Below, one piece after another: positions 9,115 to 19,405 of a DNA stretch of 64,000 bases. Under the pieces are notes generated by a model. The model was given only the letters and a program-made list of their open reading frames with translations. It did not search any database and was not told the origin of the DNA. How positions within the stretch are numbered: position 1 is the stretch's first letter; the number at the start of each line of letters is the position of its first letter. The position numbers were made by a program, and so were the translations under genes. Source of the DNA: a virus (lineage: Duplodnaviria > Heunggongvirae > Uroviricota > Caudoviricetes); the IMG/VR virus record IMGVR_UViG_3300044557_000292, positions 128,001 to 192,000 of that record. One strand, written 5' to 3'.

Positions 9115-10755
9115 CTAATTGCTGGAATGAGAGTCGTTGTCATCAGATGATGTAGCGTTGGGGACCGCTTTCGGCTTTGGCCATGAATCTGGAACGGTAA
9201 CACCGTCTGGTATATTCGGCTGCTGAACATCTGTCCTTGTTGGTTGGGTGAGTATGTCAGGCTTATCGGTTTCCTCCTCACAGTCTGACTGGATCTTTTT
9301 CTTCTCGTCATCAGTAAGCGTTGGAGTTGTTCTGGCGGATGGACTGGAAGAACTAGAAGGCGAGCTAGACTCGCTTGGCGAATCATTAACGTTACCATTA
9401 GATGAACTGTTGGTATCTTCTGAATCCTTCTCCTTCTGATTGATGAGATCTTTCTCATTTGACGCTACGCATGATTTGACGGAATTATTCCATTGATCCT
9501 CCGCTTTGCCATAATCAGTCTTCCATTGGACGTAATTATCATGATTGGTTACGTATTGGACCCAAGTGGGCTCGAACTGCGTCCTCTTCGTCTTAAAATC
9601 ATTCCATGAAGTATAGATCGCGTTCACTTTATTCGTATACTGATCCCATTGCGTCTGTCCACTCATGACTATTATAGATTGGGCGGACCACTTGATGATG
9701 GCAGAATTGTAATCTGATATAGACCTACTAAGTCCAGCCTTTACGGTCTTTATCGATGCTGCACGATTCCTCTTGAGAACATTAGCGTCATACTTCGGTG
9801 CTACCTGTCCAGTCCATGACCATCCGCACCCCGGGCCATCAGGGTCCTGGGTCTGGTATGACGCTATCGACCGTCTCGACGGCTCTGTAGGCTCTGATGA
9901 CAATGCGGTCAGTTGTGGCTCGGACGGGAGGGTTGACTGCATGCCCTGAGGTAGTGGTGATTCTGGAACGTATTCCTCACTGTTGACTGGGCTTGTGAAC
10001 ACGTTAGAAACATTCATTCCCCCGTCAATAAGATCTTGAGGAGCAGACGCCTTAATGATGTGATCGTCAACACTCACCGTCTCAGATGCGAACAGCCCCG
10101 TGTACGCCTTCTGATCATAATAATACGATCTTTTAGCGTCATTAACCGTCTCGTCGAGCGCTTTGCATCCACTCGATGTTAACATAGAGTTAATAGAATT
10201 AAGATACCAGGACTTTAATGATTGAATCTTTGAGGAATCATTGACCGTTACTCGAACGATGACATCACCGCGGGTGATCATGAATCCATTATCCCACCAT
10301 ATCGAGTTATTGTCTGATGACAGGGAATTACATGATTCCATCTGTTTGACATAGAAATCACTATAATTCTTCATGGCCTGACCCGCTCCGAACACGCCAA
10401 TGACGGACTCAACGCCACCTCCAGATGCGGATCGAGTATAGAGCAGTGATGACGGCGTGGAATCAGAGCTGCATTCAGACGGGAGAAGTACGGCAGACTC
10501 ATCAGCCCTATCGTTAGACGGAACCTTCCAATCCGATTTAGACACCCCGGCCGGAACGTTACTAACGATGCTCCTGCCGATCTTCTTTCCCTCATAATCG
10601 GCTGCCTGGTATGCTGACGAGTACGGTGAGGGTTTCACCTTAGAAGTACTAGAATCAACCCACGTCCGCCAGGTCTTGAACCCAATGAACCCTATGATCG
10701 CGATGAGGGCAATGATTACTCCGATGAATAACGCCCTGTTGATCTTCTTAATCAT
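9115..10755 (-). CDS. N-terminally anchored or secreted protein, hypothetical
   Basis: N-terminal TM helix, Cys pairs, helical region, Ser/Pro-rich C-terminus. Confidence 0.75.
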   Translation of the reverse strand: MIKKINRALFIGVIIALIAIIGFIGFKTWRTWVDSSTSKVKPSPYSSAYQAADYEGKKIGRSIVSNVPAGVSKSDWKVPSNDRADESAVLLPSECSSDSTPSSLLYTRSASGGGVESVIGVFGAGQAMKNYSDFYVKQMESCNSLSSDNNSIWWDNGFMITRGDVIVRVTVNDSSKIQSLKSWYLNSINSMLTSSGCKALDETVNDAKRSYYYDQKAYTGLFASETVSVDDHIIKASAPQDLIDGGMNVSNVFTSPVNSEEYVPESPLPQGMQSTLPSEPQLTALSSEPTEPSRRSIASYQTQDPDGPGCGWSWTGQVAPKYDANVLKRNRAASIKTVKAGLSRSISDYNSAIIKWSAQSIIVMSGQTQWDQYTNKVNAIYTSWNDFKTKRTQFEPTWVQYVTNHDNYVQWKTDYGKAEDQWNNSVKSCVASNEKDLINQKEKDSEDTNSSSNGNVNDSPSESSSPSSSSSPSARTTPTLTDDEKKKIQSDCEEETDKPDILTQPTRTDVQQPNIPDGVTVPDSWPKPKAVPNATSSDDNDSHSSN

Positions 10756-11240
10756 TTCGAGGAATCCATCTCCTTCCTCACGTTATAGGACAATGTCTTC
10801 AGAGCCTCAAGCTCATTCGACATGAGGCGGATTCTCCTCACCAACTCCTTCACGACCTCCTGACGGACAATGAGCTTATTCTCATACTTCTCGGTCTTGA
10901 TCTGGGCGATAGTTCTCCTGACCTCAGACGTCTTGGCCGAATCTGCTAGAATGTACTCGCGATTATAATTACGATCATACTCAACCTTAGACTTCGCGGC
11001 CCGGGCCTCGGCAACCCTTAGATTCTCATTAATCTTGAACATGGCCAATCGCACCTGGTCGATCGACTTGTTGATAGCGACCATATCGTTATAGTCACCG
11101 ACCTGATTGTTCTGTAGTTCAAGAATGCTCTCGGGAACATAGTCTTGTTCAAGCGGGAACGGGTTGACGATATGGGGAAGATCAATATCGCTAAGACCGA
11201 GTTCCTTAAAGCCCTTATCGTCCGTATCATTGTCACTCAT
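10752..11240 (-). CDS. Coiled-coil protein, possibly a UvsY-like recombination mediator
   Basis: 162 aa, all-helical heptad pattern, directly downstream of radA; function is inference. Confidence 0.5.
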   Translation of the reverse strand: MSDNDTDDKGFKELGLSDIDLPHIVNPFPLEQDYVPESILELQNNQVGDYNDMVAINKSIDQVRLAMFKINENLRVAEARAAKSKVEYDRNYNREYILADSAKTSEVRRTIAQIKTEKYENKLIVRQEVVKELVRRIRLMSNELEALKTLSYNVRKEMDSSK

Positions 11241-11298
11241 AGAACACTATGGTACCGTAATGATCAATAAGCTGTTCATAAGAACCCAACGATGATTC

Positions 11299-12681
11299 CT
11301 AGATTTTGTGGGCAACGTCATCTACCATGCTAATCTTGTCAACGTCAATTGATCTTGAAACCTTATCTGGTATCAGTGTGGCCGCATCCTCAGAGCACAC
11401 GACCCTATTAAACCCCAATCTTACAGCTTCCGCGACCCGCTCTGCAATCATTGATCTTCCACGAATCTGTCCCGTCAGGGAGACCTCACCAAGCCACATC
11501 GTATTCCCCTTAGGGGGTTGTCTGAGTGAGGAAGACGCTATGGCTGCCATCATGGCAAGATCAGCCATGGAATCATTGATCTTAATCCCGTTCGCTGACC
11601 CGACGAACACGTCACTCTTGTCCAGATCAAGCGCTGGGCTACTCACCATAAGTCTGGCTACTCTAGTGATCGCCCTCTGGGAGTTCATGCCGTCAAATCT
11701 ACGCTGAGGATTACCGTACGCCTCTGGTGCGACCAACGCATCAATCTCAACTGGAAGAAGCCTGCCACCATCTGATATGATGCTCCTGGCAGACCCAGAA
11801 AGATTACCGTCCATTGAACCAAGAAGATACTTGGATGGATCTCGTACTGATTCTAACCCGTGCTCATCATGAACGAAGACGCCGGTCACACCCGTTCTGC
11901 CGTATCGATTCTTCCTTGACCTCAGGAACTTCAATGGAGTGTCGTAATCGGAATCTCCAATGAGGATCGTATCAACCACATGAGGGATCTGATTAGATCC
12001 GGCCACGTCATCAGACTTCGTGAACTGACTCACGATAAGAAATGGGACGCCATGATCCTTAGCCCACGTTTTGAAGGCAAAACTGGCCTCCTTAGACTGA
12101 CTGATTCCGCCTATACCTCCATCCACGCTATCAGAGGCCATAGCCTGAAGACTGTCAACGCATACGATTCCAGCATGGAGTCTCTCAGCGTGAGTCAATA
12201 CCTCTTCAACGGTCGTAGTACTCACAATCTTAAGGTTGTCTGAAACGCATCCTATTCTCCTGGCCCGGTCAGCTATCTGTGGTGCTGACTCCTCTCCAGA
12301 TGCATACAGTGCGGTAACGCCCCTATCCGCCATCTCGCCAAGGACCTTAAGACAGAGGGTTGATTTACCGAATCCAGGTTCAGCGCCGATGAGAACGACT
12401 TGACCTGGAATAAGGCCCCCATCAAGCAGTCGATCAAGCTCACTTACACCAGTACTGGTCTTATCATCAGACGTATGATTGAGATCAGAAACCGTCCAGA
12501 CCCTGGTAGTTGAAATGCTGTCAACCCCACCCGATTTGATCTTCATACCAGCGCGTGGAGTAGTGTTGTCTTCAATTGGCTCCATTGTCCCAAACTGCCC
12601 ACAGACCTTGCATCTACCCATTTCGGTGACGCTGATAGCGCCACAATTAGAACACTTATACCTAACCATACTCTTAGCCAT
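11299..12681 (-). CDS. radA: DNA repair protein RadA/Sms
   Basis: C4 zinc finger CSNC...CKVC, Walker A GAEPGFGKS, YASGEES, KNRYG, Lon-like C-terminus (GEVSLTGQIR). Start moved to ATG 12681, 7 nt after GGTACCAT. Confidence 0.92.
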   Translation of the reverse strand: MAKSMVRYKCSNCGAISVTEMGRCKVCGQFGTMEPIEDNTTPRAGMKIKSGGVDSISTTRVWTVSDLNHTSDDKTSTGVSELDRLLDGGLIPGQVVLIGAEPGFGKSTLCLKVLGEMADRGVTALYASGEESAPQIADRARRIGCVSDNLKIVSTTTVEEVLTHAERLHAGIVCVDSLQAMASDSVDGGIGGISQSKEASFAFKTWAKDHGVPFLIVSQFTKSDDVAGSNQIPHVVDTILIGDSDYDTPLKFLRSRKNRYGRTGVTGVFVHDEHGLESVRDPSKYLLGSMDGNLSGSARSIISDGGRLLPVEIDALVAPEAYGNPQRRFDGMNSQRAITRVARLMVSSPALDLDKSDVFVGSANGIKINDSMADLAMMAAIASSSLRQPPKGNTMWLGEVSLTGQIRGRSMIAERVAEAVRLGFNRVVCSEDAATLIPDKVSRSIDVDKISMVDDVAHKI

Positions 12682-12780
12682 GATAAGCATGGTACCTTAG
12701 ATGATCGGTCTATAACAAGGTGTTTTAAGATGAGTCAACTCTTTTGAAGGAAGAAGCTTATATCCATCGCGACAGAAGAA

Positions 12781-13911
12781 TCATTCAAGGAAGGCCGACC
12801 AGTTAGACTCCTCTCCCTCAGGATGGTCAACAATCATATTAGATCCATCTTTCGAGGACAAGTCCCTGATCTCGTTAATGAAGTCTTGATTCGGGTTCAG
12901 TGATAGCTTCCACTTCTCATCATCGCTCCCACCATGATTCTTCACGTAATCATAGGCGAGCTTCGGATCAGCATTAGGATTATGAAGAGCAGTCAGGACG
13001 GCCGTCTCATCAACCCTCCTTCCAGCTCTCGTATACGGATTATCATCAGTGAACATCTGGTCCACATTCTTAGCAGATAGTTCTGGCGATTCAAGAGCAG
13101 ATACCGGGGACGTCTCGAACGCTTGATCCTTGAACTTCTCATCAATATAGGGGCTATTCACTAGGAGACGGGCGCCATTCCTCATAGCGAGAGGATCTGA
13201 CGAGAGCCTATCAGCTATGCCGTCACTGACATGCGGATTGTCAACAAGCGTACCCAGAAGTCGCTCTTGAATAGGGCTAATAACATCAGAATCTTCAATG
13301 CCAGAAGAATTGCTCGCATCAGATCTGAAATCATCAATACGCAACAGCGCCTCATGCACAGCATTCTCCTGACTACTATCGAGGGTGGCTCCACGATAGT
13401 CGGGATACCCGTGATCGTAATTCTCCATGTACATGAGCTCAGCCTGGTCAAGACTTCCGGTGGTAGAATAAAGATCTTCAAGACCTTTCCTCTCAACAAG
13501 CTTGTCTGGACTTGTTGGAATCTCCCTAGATATCAGACCGGCAGTATAGATAAGACTTTCAGTCCTATCCATGAATTCATCCCAATCCTTATCATTGGGA
13601 TTGAACACTGATCCATCGCTGTCCCCACCGAGACTATCAACAGTTATCTTGTGAAGCTTTCCGCTAGGGACGCTTGTAGTATTGCTTATCGTATCTGGAG
13701 TGTTCTCGGTGACTTGATCAGCAGCAAGCCGCTCATTCATCTCATCAGCCTGCTTCTCGGTAAGCATAATGTGCGGGGAGTCGCTCACATGATACGGGCA
13801 ATGAGTGGGATCTTTAGCCCTACATTTTGTTACTCTTCCGTCCTTCGTCTTACCATAAACGGCTTTCTCACTGTTCATTGGTCTACTACCTCCGTAATTG
13901 TTAGCTCGCAC
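12781..13911 (-). CDS. Protein with N-terminal C-x7-CPYH-x5-H module and C-terminal LRV/HEAT-like repeats
   Basis: CRAKDPTHCPYH; repeated L..NP-like units (LVDNPH, LVNSPY, ALESPE, ALHNPN, LSLNPN). Confidence 0.7.
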   Translation of the reverse strand: MRANNYGGSRPMNSEKAVYGKTKDGRVTKCRAKDPTHCPYHVSDSPHIMLTEKQADEMNERLAADQVTENTPDTISNTTSVPSGKLHKITVDSLGGDSDGSVFNPNDKDWDEFMDRTESLIYTAGLISREIPTSPDKLVERKGLEDLYSTTGSLDQAELMYMENYDHGYPDYRGATLDSSQENAVHEALLRIDDFRSDASNSSGIEDSDVISPIQERLLGTLVDNPHVSDGIADRLSSDPLAMRNGARLLVNSPYIDEKFKDQAFETSPVSALESPELSAKNVDQMFTDDNPYTRAGRRVDETAVLTALHNPNADPKLAYDYVKNHGGSDDEKWKLSLNPNQDFINEIRDLSSKDGSNMIVDHPEGEESNWSAFLE

Positions 13912-14053
13912 GGGTCAATGCATTATGATTGCAATCTATCTCATCTGAGCATGAATCTTAGTAGCTATTTCAATAGTGAAGCAATATTAACGCTTTGACA
14001 TGTCATATCTGCGTCTATTAACGGGCACATGGAGAGAACATGAATTGTTCTTC

Positions 14054-14689
14054 CTATAATTTGAAGACGCTCTTCTTGTCCTTATCCTCAGAATCGTCTT
14101 CATCAGATCCCTTGTCATTCTCACGGATCTTCTTCTTAGCGTCTTCCCTAGCCTCCCTCTCCAGTTCGGCTATGGCATCATCGCGTTCATCCATCACGTC
14201 GCGAGGATCGGGGACGTTGTACTTCTTCAACGTGCGCTCATCTTCTGTAAGCCTGCAGTACACGATGAGACCGAATCCTGCTGACACAATGATTGCCGCG
14301 GCAAGGGTGTAGACCTTCGTATATGACGTGATGATACCGAGGAGCGCTAGAACGGAGCCAACGATAATGCTCTGCTGGACCCTAACCCTGTATGAGTACC
14401 TCAACCTAAGCTCGATGTACTCTCCATCATCCTCATTACTCCTAGATTTCTCGACCAGCCCCTCATGCTGTTTGAAAGCGAGGAGGTAACCAGCTGAGAA
14501 CATTGGAACAGCAGTAATGATGGCCGCAAGAGCCCTCACGTAATTTGACAGGAACCATCCTCGGGGCAGGAAGACGTCCATGGCAATCGTTCCTGCTGAT
14601 AAGACGACGGTAAGCACGATCATCCATATGAGGAATCCCCGATTATTCAGATAGGTAGATCTTAGTCTCCTGATCACGCCCTCTATCAT
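14054..14689 (-). CDS. Four-TM membrane protein
   Basis: Four hydrophobic segments and a charged C-terminal tail. Confidence 0.75.
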   Translation of the reverse strand: MIEGVIRRLRSTYLNNRGFLIWMIVLTVVLSAGTIAMDVFLPRGWFLSNYVRALAAIITAVPMFSAGYLLAFKQHEGLVEKSRSNEDDGEYIELRLRYSYRVRVQQSIIVGSVLALLGIITSYTKVYTLAAAIIVSAGFGLIVYCRLTEDERTLKKYNVPDPRDVMDERDDAIAELEREAREDAKKKIRENDKGSDEDDSEDKDKKSVFKL

Positions 14690-14691
14690 GC

Positions 14692-15360
14692 TTATTCCTC
14701 CCTTGAGTCTTTCGTTCTACTAGCCCACATGGCGAGACATCTTCCATTCTTGAAGATGGTATTCGAGATCTTATCGTAATCCATGATACCGTACGGCCTG
14801 TACCCGAACTTGACGAGCTGCGTGCCAAGCTTCACATCAATCCTCGTACTAGGCCAGTACAGGAATGTCATGCAATGACCAAACCTTGACGCTTGTAACT
14901 TGCGAAGCAGGAATGCCATCATAGTCGCTATCGAGTACTCGCTCAAATTGAACATGGAATCTATAATGAGGATGGAGGGCGCCCTTGCAACCATCGACTC
15001 AATCTGTGGTCGTATCTTATGTGATTGCTTTAATGATAAGAATGTTGGTATGACATTCCTGTCATCTATAGTTGCAATGTGACCAATCATGAATCCTATG
15101 ATCTTATCCTCATCCTCTGATCTGCTCTTAGCAGGAAGCTCTTTACTCTTAATGGAGATCATGAGTTGCAGTGGATCAACTTGATCCCTGGAGGACAATG
15201 CGAGATCTATTCTGTTCATGGGAAGATTGATTCTATCCTTACCGTACGACTCTATGAACTTGTCCCTCACGTACCTTTCCTCCATTGAGGTCAGCCTGCC
15301 AAGAGCATCTACGCCATTAGGCCTGAGGTCTAGGTTGTGATACGCTTTCAACAGAGCCAT
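14692..15360 (-). CDS. Hypothetical protein, possible divergent GNAT fold
   Basis: IIGFMIG strand, LIIDSMF, C-terminal LVKFGY resembling GNAT motif B; RBS AAGGAG. Confidence 0.5.
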   Translation of the reverse strand: MALLKAYHNLDLRPNGVDALGRLTSMEERYVRDKFIESYGKDRINLPMNRIDLALSSRDQVDPLQLMISIKSKELPAKSRSEDEDKIIGFMIGHIATIDDRNVIPTFLSLKQSHKIRPQIESMVARAPSILIIDSMFNLSEYSIATMMAFLLRKLQASRFGHCMTFLYWPSTRIDVKLGTQLVKFGYRPYGIMDYDKISNTIFKNGRCLAMWASRTKDSREE

Positions 15361-15394
15361 TGTTGATTACTCCTTCTCATCTTCCTTTGAGTTG

Positions 15395-15403
15395 AAGATA
15401 TCA
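15395..15403 (-). promoter_or_regulatory. TGATATCTT promoter-like motif (first of about 15 gene-upstream copies)
   Basis: AAGATATCA on + at 15395, 17148, 17552, 19351, 21741, 25197, 32720, 35894 (AAGATATCG), 43106, 47435, 50815, 53506, 57488, 58529, 59923, each upstream of a minus-strand start. Confidence 0.85.
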
Positions 15404-15459
15404 ATAGATGACAAATGAACGCAAAACTGCAATAAGATTTGCGGGTTATGACCAGTACG

Positions 15460-16698
15460 CTAATTCCATGCTCCAGTAGTATAGTCTATCGTGTGCCCGT
15501 TCGCGTAATTCCACACGACCACGTGCTCGTCAATAGCACCATCGGAGGTACGGACGTCAACCGTGACGCCCCTAGGGACGATCTCGTTACCCTTATACAC
15601 TGGAGTAGCATAATAGGCTGTAGTTACGTCTTTATGGATCTTCATGTAATCACGGACCTGTGATTCCGTGTAGGCCATGCCGCCCGGCTTGGAGGAGTTA
15701 TCACCAACGTTCTGCATCCTCGTGCCGGTTATCAGGTTGATCCTCGTGGCCTCCCCGCCCAGGGAGTCGGCCACGAGGTGAGACCTATTGTAAAAGTACC
15801 CGTGGTAAGCCTTGCCCGTGTCGAGCACGATGCTAGTCTTACCGTTATTACTCCTACCAGTAGTGGGATTCCTCCATCCTGAGATCTCGTCCGCGGTATC
15901 ATCAAACGGTGCGCGCCACCCCGCGGAGTCGGCTATCATCTTCTCCGTGATGTTAGCGTGAGCGTACCCAGTCCTGCCAAGGCTATCCAGTCCCTGGTAG
16001 TCAACCTTGCCTGGTGCCACCAGATCAGATGGGAGATTCGCCTTACCGGTCACGGCGTAATAGTTCGGAGCTTCGCTAGAATTCCATGATGAAAGCAACT
16101 GTGAGTCGGTTCCACTAACAGCTTGTGTATCTGTACCTGCCTTATTCGAAGTGGAGGTGGAGATCTTCGTCTTAGCATCATTCCAAGCGTCTTGCAGAGC
16201 GGACTCCGCGTGCTTATAATAGGATGTCCCCTTCAGATCATTAAGCTTTTCCTTGGCTTCTTTATACGCCTCCGTCTTTTCCGCCCCACTGGCGGAATCC
16301 TTGATCTTGTCAAGATAGTTCTGATACTCTGAGGTTACCGTTTCTGATGAGGACGATGCTGATTCTACTGGAGGCGCAGTGTACTCAGTCTGGCCGCACG
16401 CGGCCAGTGACCATAGGGAGACACCCGCGAGTGCAACGGCCAACGTTCTCCTGATACGATTCCTCACCACGGCAGAAGCTAATGGCCTATCATGGAATGA
16501 CGTGATGTGGCGCTTCTTAAGATTCCTCTCCTGATGATGGCCGGCAATGATCCCCTCATTAGCCCTCATGACCTGGCCCTCGGTCATGAGCTTATGGCTA
16601 CCATTCTCATGGTAGGGGCATGTTGCCATATCTGAAGCGTGGCATATGGTGTACTCGCCAACATGCTGCCCGCGAACTGCTATACCATAATGATTCAT
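15460..16698 (-). CDS. DNA/RNA non-specific endonuclease (EndA/streptodornase-like) with N-terminal CPYH module and internal lipobox
   Basis: LDSLGRTG, YNRSHLVADSLGG, NLITGTRMQN, GMAYTE, YYATPVYKGNE; TM plus LAAC at about aa 100. Confidence 0.85.
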   Translation of the reverse strand: MNHYGIAVRGQHVGEYTICHASDMATCPYHENGSHKLMTEGQVMRANEGIIAGHHQERNLKKRHITSFHDRPLASAVVRNRIRRTLAVALAGVSLWSLAACGQTEYTAPPVESASSSSETVTSEYQNYLDKIKDSASGAEKTEAYKEAKEKLNDLKGTSYYKHAESALQDAWNDAKTKISTSTSNKAGTDTQAVSGTDSQLLSSWNSSEAPNYYAVTGKANLPSDLVAPGKVDYQGLDSLGRTGYAHANITEKMIADSAGWRAPFDDTADEISGWRNPTTGRSNNGKTSIVLDTGKAYHGYFYNRSHLVADSLGGEATRINLITGTRMQNVGDNSSKPGGMAYTESQVRDYMKIHKDVTTAYYATPVYKGNEIVPRGVTVDVRTSDGAIDEHVVVWNYANGHTIDYTTGAWN

Positions 16699-16727
16699 CA
16701 GTGAAACCTATCCTCTAAGGGGGTATT

Positions 16728-17141
16728 CTATTCTCCTAATTGGAGAATGACCTTATCGGACTTGAATCTAACGTTCGTGATCTTACTCCCAGACCCATTG
16801 ACCTCCACTGGAATAGATAGGCGCGTCTTCGCGGGGTAAGCGTGGTACGCATCGGACAGTTTCGTTACTAGATCTGAGAGTTTTAACTCATCTGGATCAG
16901 CTATGTCCGGGTACAGGAAGCTATCATTGAGAGCATTGGCCGCATTGTCGATGAAGTCATCTTCATCATCACTGGAATCCTCATCGATATCCATATAGGC
17001 GGCCAATGACTTCGTACTAGCCTCCTGAGGAGCGTCAGATGTGATCTGGTTGGATTCGTCTGAACCTATCTCTCGGCTAATGCTCGCGATATAGAAAAGG
17101 TCCTTCCGCTGCTCATCATTATGATTGTTATTACTACTCAT
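16728..17141 (-). CDS. Acidic hypothetical protein (leaderless)
   Basis: 137-aa ORF; ATG 6 nt downstream of TGATATCTT. Confidence 0.7.
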   Translation of the reverse strand: MSSNNNHNDEQRKDLFYIASISREIGSDESNQITSDAPQEASTKSLAAYMDIDEDSSDDEDDFIDNAANALNDSFLYPDIADPDELKLSDLVTKLSDAYHAYPAKTRLSIPVEVNGSGSKITNVRFKSDKVILQLGE

Positions 17142-17202
17142 AACGATAAGATATCAACGGAAGGACCCAATACTTGTTCTTCACGAATGATCTTGTTGCA
17201 GA

Positions 17203-17505
17203 TCAGATACCATTCGAGTTGTCGTTTCCAACGCTGTTAGCGGTTCCCTTGAACATCTTTGATAGGGCGCCATTGGATCCGAATAACGAGTCACCGAAGA
17301 AGATGAGTACGCCGACGATAGAAGCTACCACGAGGAACATGATCAGCTTAGTGATCTGCTGACTCCTGATGAACATGAATGCGCCTATAGCTACGGCTGC
17401 TAGGAATAGCGGCCCAATCCAGTTATCCCTCACGCTATTCCAAAGATTGTTGAGCCCGGCGCCGACGATCAGATTACTGAATTCAGATGTATATAAATTG
17501 AACAT
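17203..17505 (-). CDS. Small two-TM conjugation protein (TcpD/VirB2-like)
   Basis: 100 aa, WIGPLFLAAVAIGAFMF and LIMFLVVASIVGVLIF helices; next to the TcpC-like gene. Confidence 0.6.
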   Translation of the reverse strand: MFNLYTSEFSNLIVGAGLNNLWNSVRDNWIGPLFLAAVAIGAFMFIRSQQITKLIMFLVVASIVGVLIFFGDSLFGSNGALSKMFKGTANSVGNDNSNGI

Positions 17506-17634
17506 TTTCCTCTCCTGTTTATGAAGAACCTACATATTGCGTTACATGGGTAAGATATCACCGCATTTTCGCAAAACGCTAATTAAGCACCTCATTAGTT
17601 ATTAAGGATATTCTTTAATCACTTAACGATGTGA

Positions 17635-19344
17635 TCATTCATCAGCGTTATTCTGCGGATACCAAGGATAACTTTGAATATCAACCACAGACAACTTATC
17701 ACCGTCCTTCGCAACCTTAATGACGTAGGTAGACTTCTGCTTGATGGTGTTAGAGTCATCTACCTTATCATTCCATTCCACTGTTGCTAGCACCCTGTAG
17801 TATGGATCTGACGATGGGGCCCCGTAAACCTTATAATCGAGATCCCCGTCCAATGTGACCGAACCATGCAGACCGGTCTTCGTTTCGGGGGTTCCCTTAC
17901 GTGACACGAGAGTGGTAAGAGCGTCGGAATCTGATGCCGCCCATGCTTGCATGAACTGCTTGACAAGAGCCGTCATGGTATCATTCTCGATCTCCTTAAC
18001 CTCCTCACCATTGCCGGGAAGAAGGTATCCCTTTACGGTCGAACCAGGGGAGGATATGGTCGGTTCTGGTATGAGTGTTGGGGAGTTCTCCGATACTGAG
18101 AACTTATGAATCTTAGTGTCATAACCCAAATCAACCTGATAGAAGATCATCTTATACTTGATTGATCCGCTGGAGTCTTTTATGACGTTACCGTTCATAT
18201 CTAGCCTATAGACAAGAGCACCAAGTTGATACGTAGCCGTTGATCCACCGACATCAAGAACCTTCTCACCATAAACATACGGACCGTACTCGATCTTCTG
18301 CTTGACAGTCGTTGGAATGGTGAGGTTCTGATAGCTTCCATTATTCCCGCCCCTCGCGTCGTTGGTGGCATCAGAGTACGAGACTCCCTTATAGAACATG
18401 TCCATGACCTGGGCTGTTGACGCGCTGCCGTCAGCCTGGAGGTATGCTGTTATGAATTGCTGGGCAACGCCTGATCCCTCCTGTAGAGGGAATCCAGTGT
18501 CATTATTCACCTGTCTAGCAATGCTAGCAATCTGACCCTCAGACGGTATAGCCTTCGGTACGAGGGTCTGGTACCCAGCCAGCAGGAGAACAAGGAAGAT
18601 GACCGTCAACGTGATCATACGATACGTCTTAGCCTTCTTGGCCAAATCTGATGCCGATCTTGGCTGGATTGACGATGCGTGAGATCTCCTCACATTCCTG
18701 TTATCACGCTTCTGTCTCTCCTCGATATGCTGGACAGACCTCGCCTCAGCGCGTTTCATCTCATTTGGATCATACTGATCGTCATTAGATTGACCATCAT
18801 CATTACGCTTATAAACATTGAATTGTGGCCGATTATTAGCAGAGGGCCCCACTGGTTCTCGTCGTGAGTTCTGTGGTTGGAGTCCATCCTGATTATAAGA
18901 GTTATCATCATAATCATGATGCTCATCCCCAGATTGGTATTGACGATCCTGATACTGATCATTCCTAGGGGGATTCTGATTCGTTAATTGCATGATCTGC
19001 TCTGGTGACATGACGTCGTCATCATATTCTTGATAATCATTCAGATCCTGATCTGTGTTCTGGTCATGACGAGGTGCACTTACATGCTGTTTCGGCTGTG
19101 GATTAGGATCGTCATTATCCGCATCGTCAAAAACTGGTGCCCATTCCTCATTATGGTCATTGGAATCATCTTCACCAGATTCAAGATACAACGACTCGTC
19201 AATCTGATTGGAATCAAAATCATTTGAGGATCCAGGCAATGGCAATTGATCAGACGCATTTCCTGACCCAGCATGATTGCCACTAGTGTCTTGAACGTGA
19301 TCTTGTCTACTAGAATGAGTAGATCCCCTTCTCGGTAAAGCCAT
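17635..19344 (-). CDS. Conjugal transfer protein, TcpC/VirB8-like
   Basis: Long disordered N-terminus, one TM, then two NTF2-like repeats (VAQQFITAYL; LVKQFMQAWAASD...ATVEW...STYVIKV). Confidence 0.7.
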   Translation of the reverse strand: MALPRRGSTHSSRQDHVQDTSGNHAGSGNASDQLPLPGSSNDFDSNQIDESLYLESGEDDSNDHNEEWAPVFDDADNDDPNPQPKQHVSAPRHDQNTDQDLNDYQEYDDDVMSPEQIMQLTNQNPPRNDQYQDRQYQSGDEHHDYDDNSYNQDGLQPQNSRREPVGPSANNRPQFNVYKRNDDGQSNDDQYDPNEMKRAEARSVQHIEERQKRDNRNVRRSHASSIQPRSASDLAKKAKTYRMITLTVIFLVLLLAGYQTLVPKAIPSEGQIASIARQVNNDTGFPLQEGSGVAQQFITAYLQADGSASTAQVMDMFYKGVSYSDATNDARGGNNGSYQNLTIPTTVKQKIEYGPYVYGEKVLDVGGSTATYQLGALVYRLDMNGNVIKDSSGSIKYKMIFYQVDLGYDTKIHKFSVSENSPTLIPEPTISSPGSTVKGYLLPGNGEEVKEIENDTMTALVKQFMQAWAASDSDALTTLVSRKGTPETKTGLHGSVTLDGDLDYKVYGAPSSDPYYRVLATVEWNDKVDDSNTIKQKSTYVIKVAKDGDKLSVVDIQSYPWYPQNNADE

Positions 19345-19405
19345 ATGAGAAAGATATCAAAGAGCAGGAAGATGCGAATGATCGCGCATACTGTCACTTA
19401 ATGTC

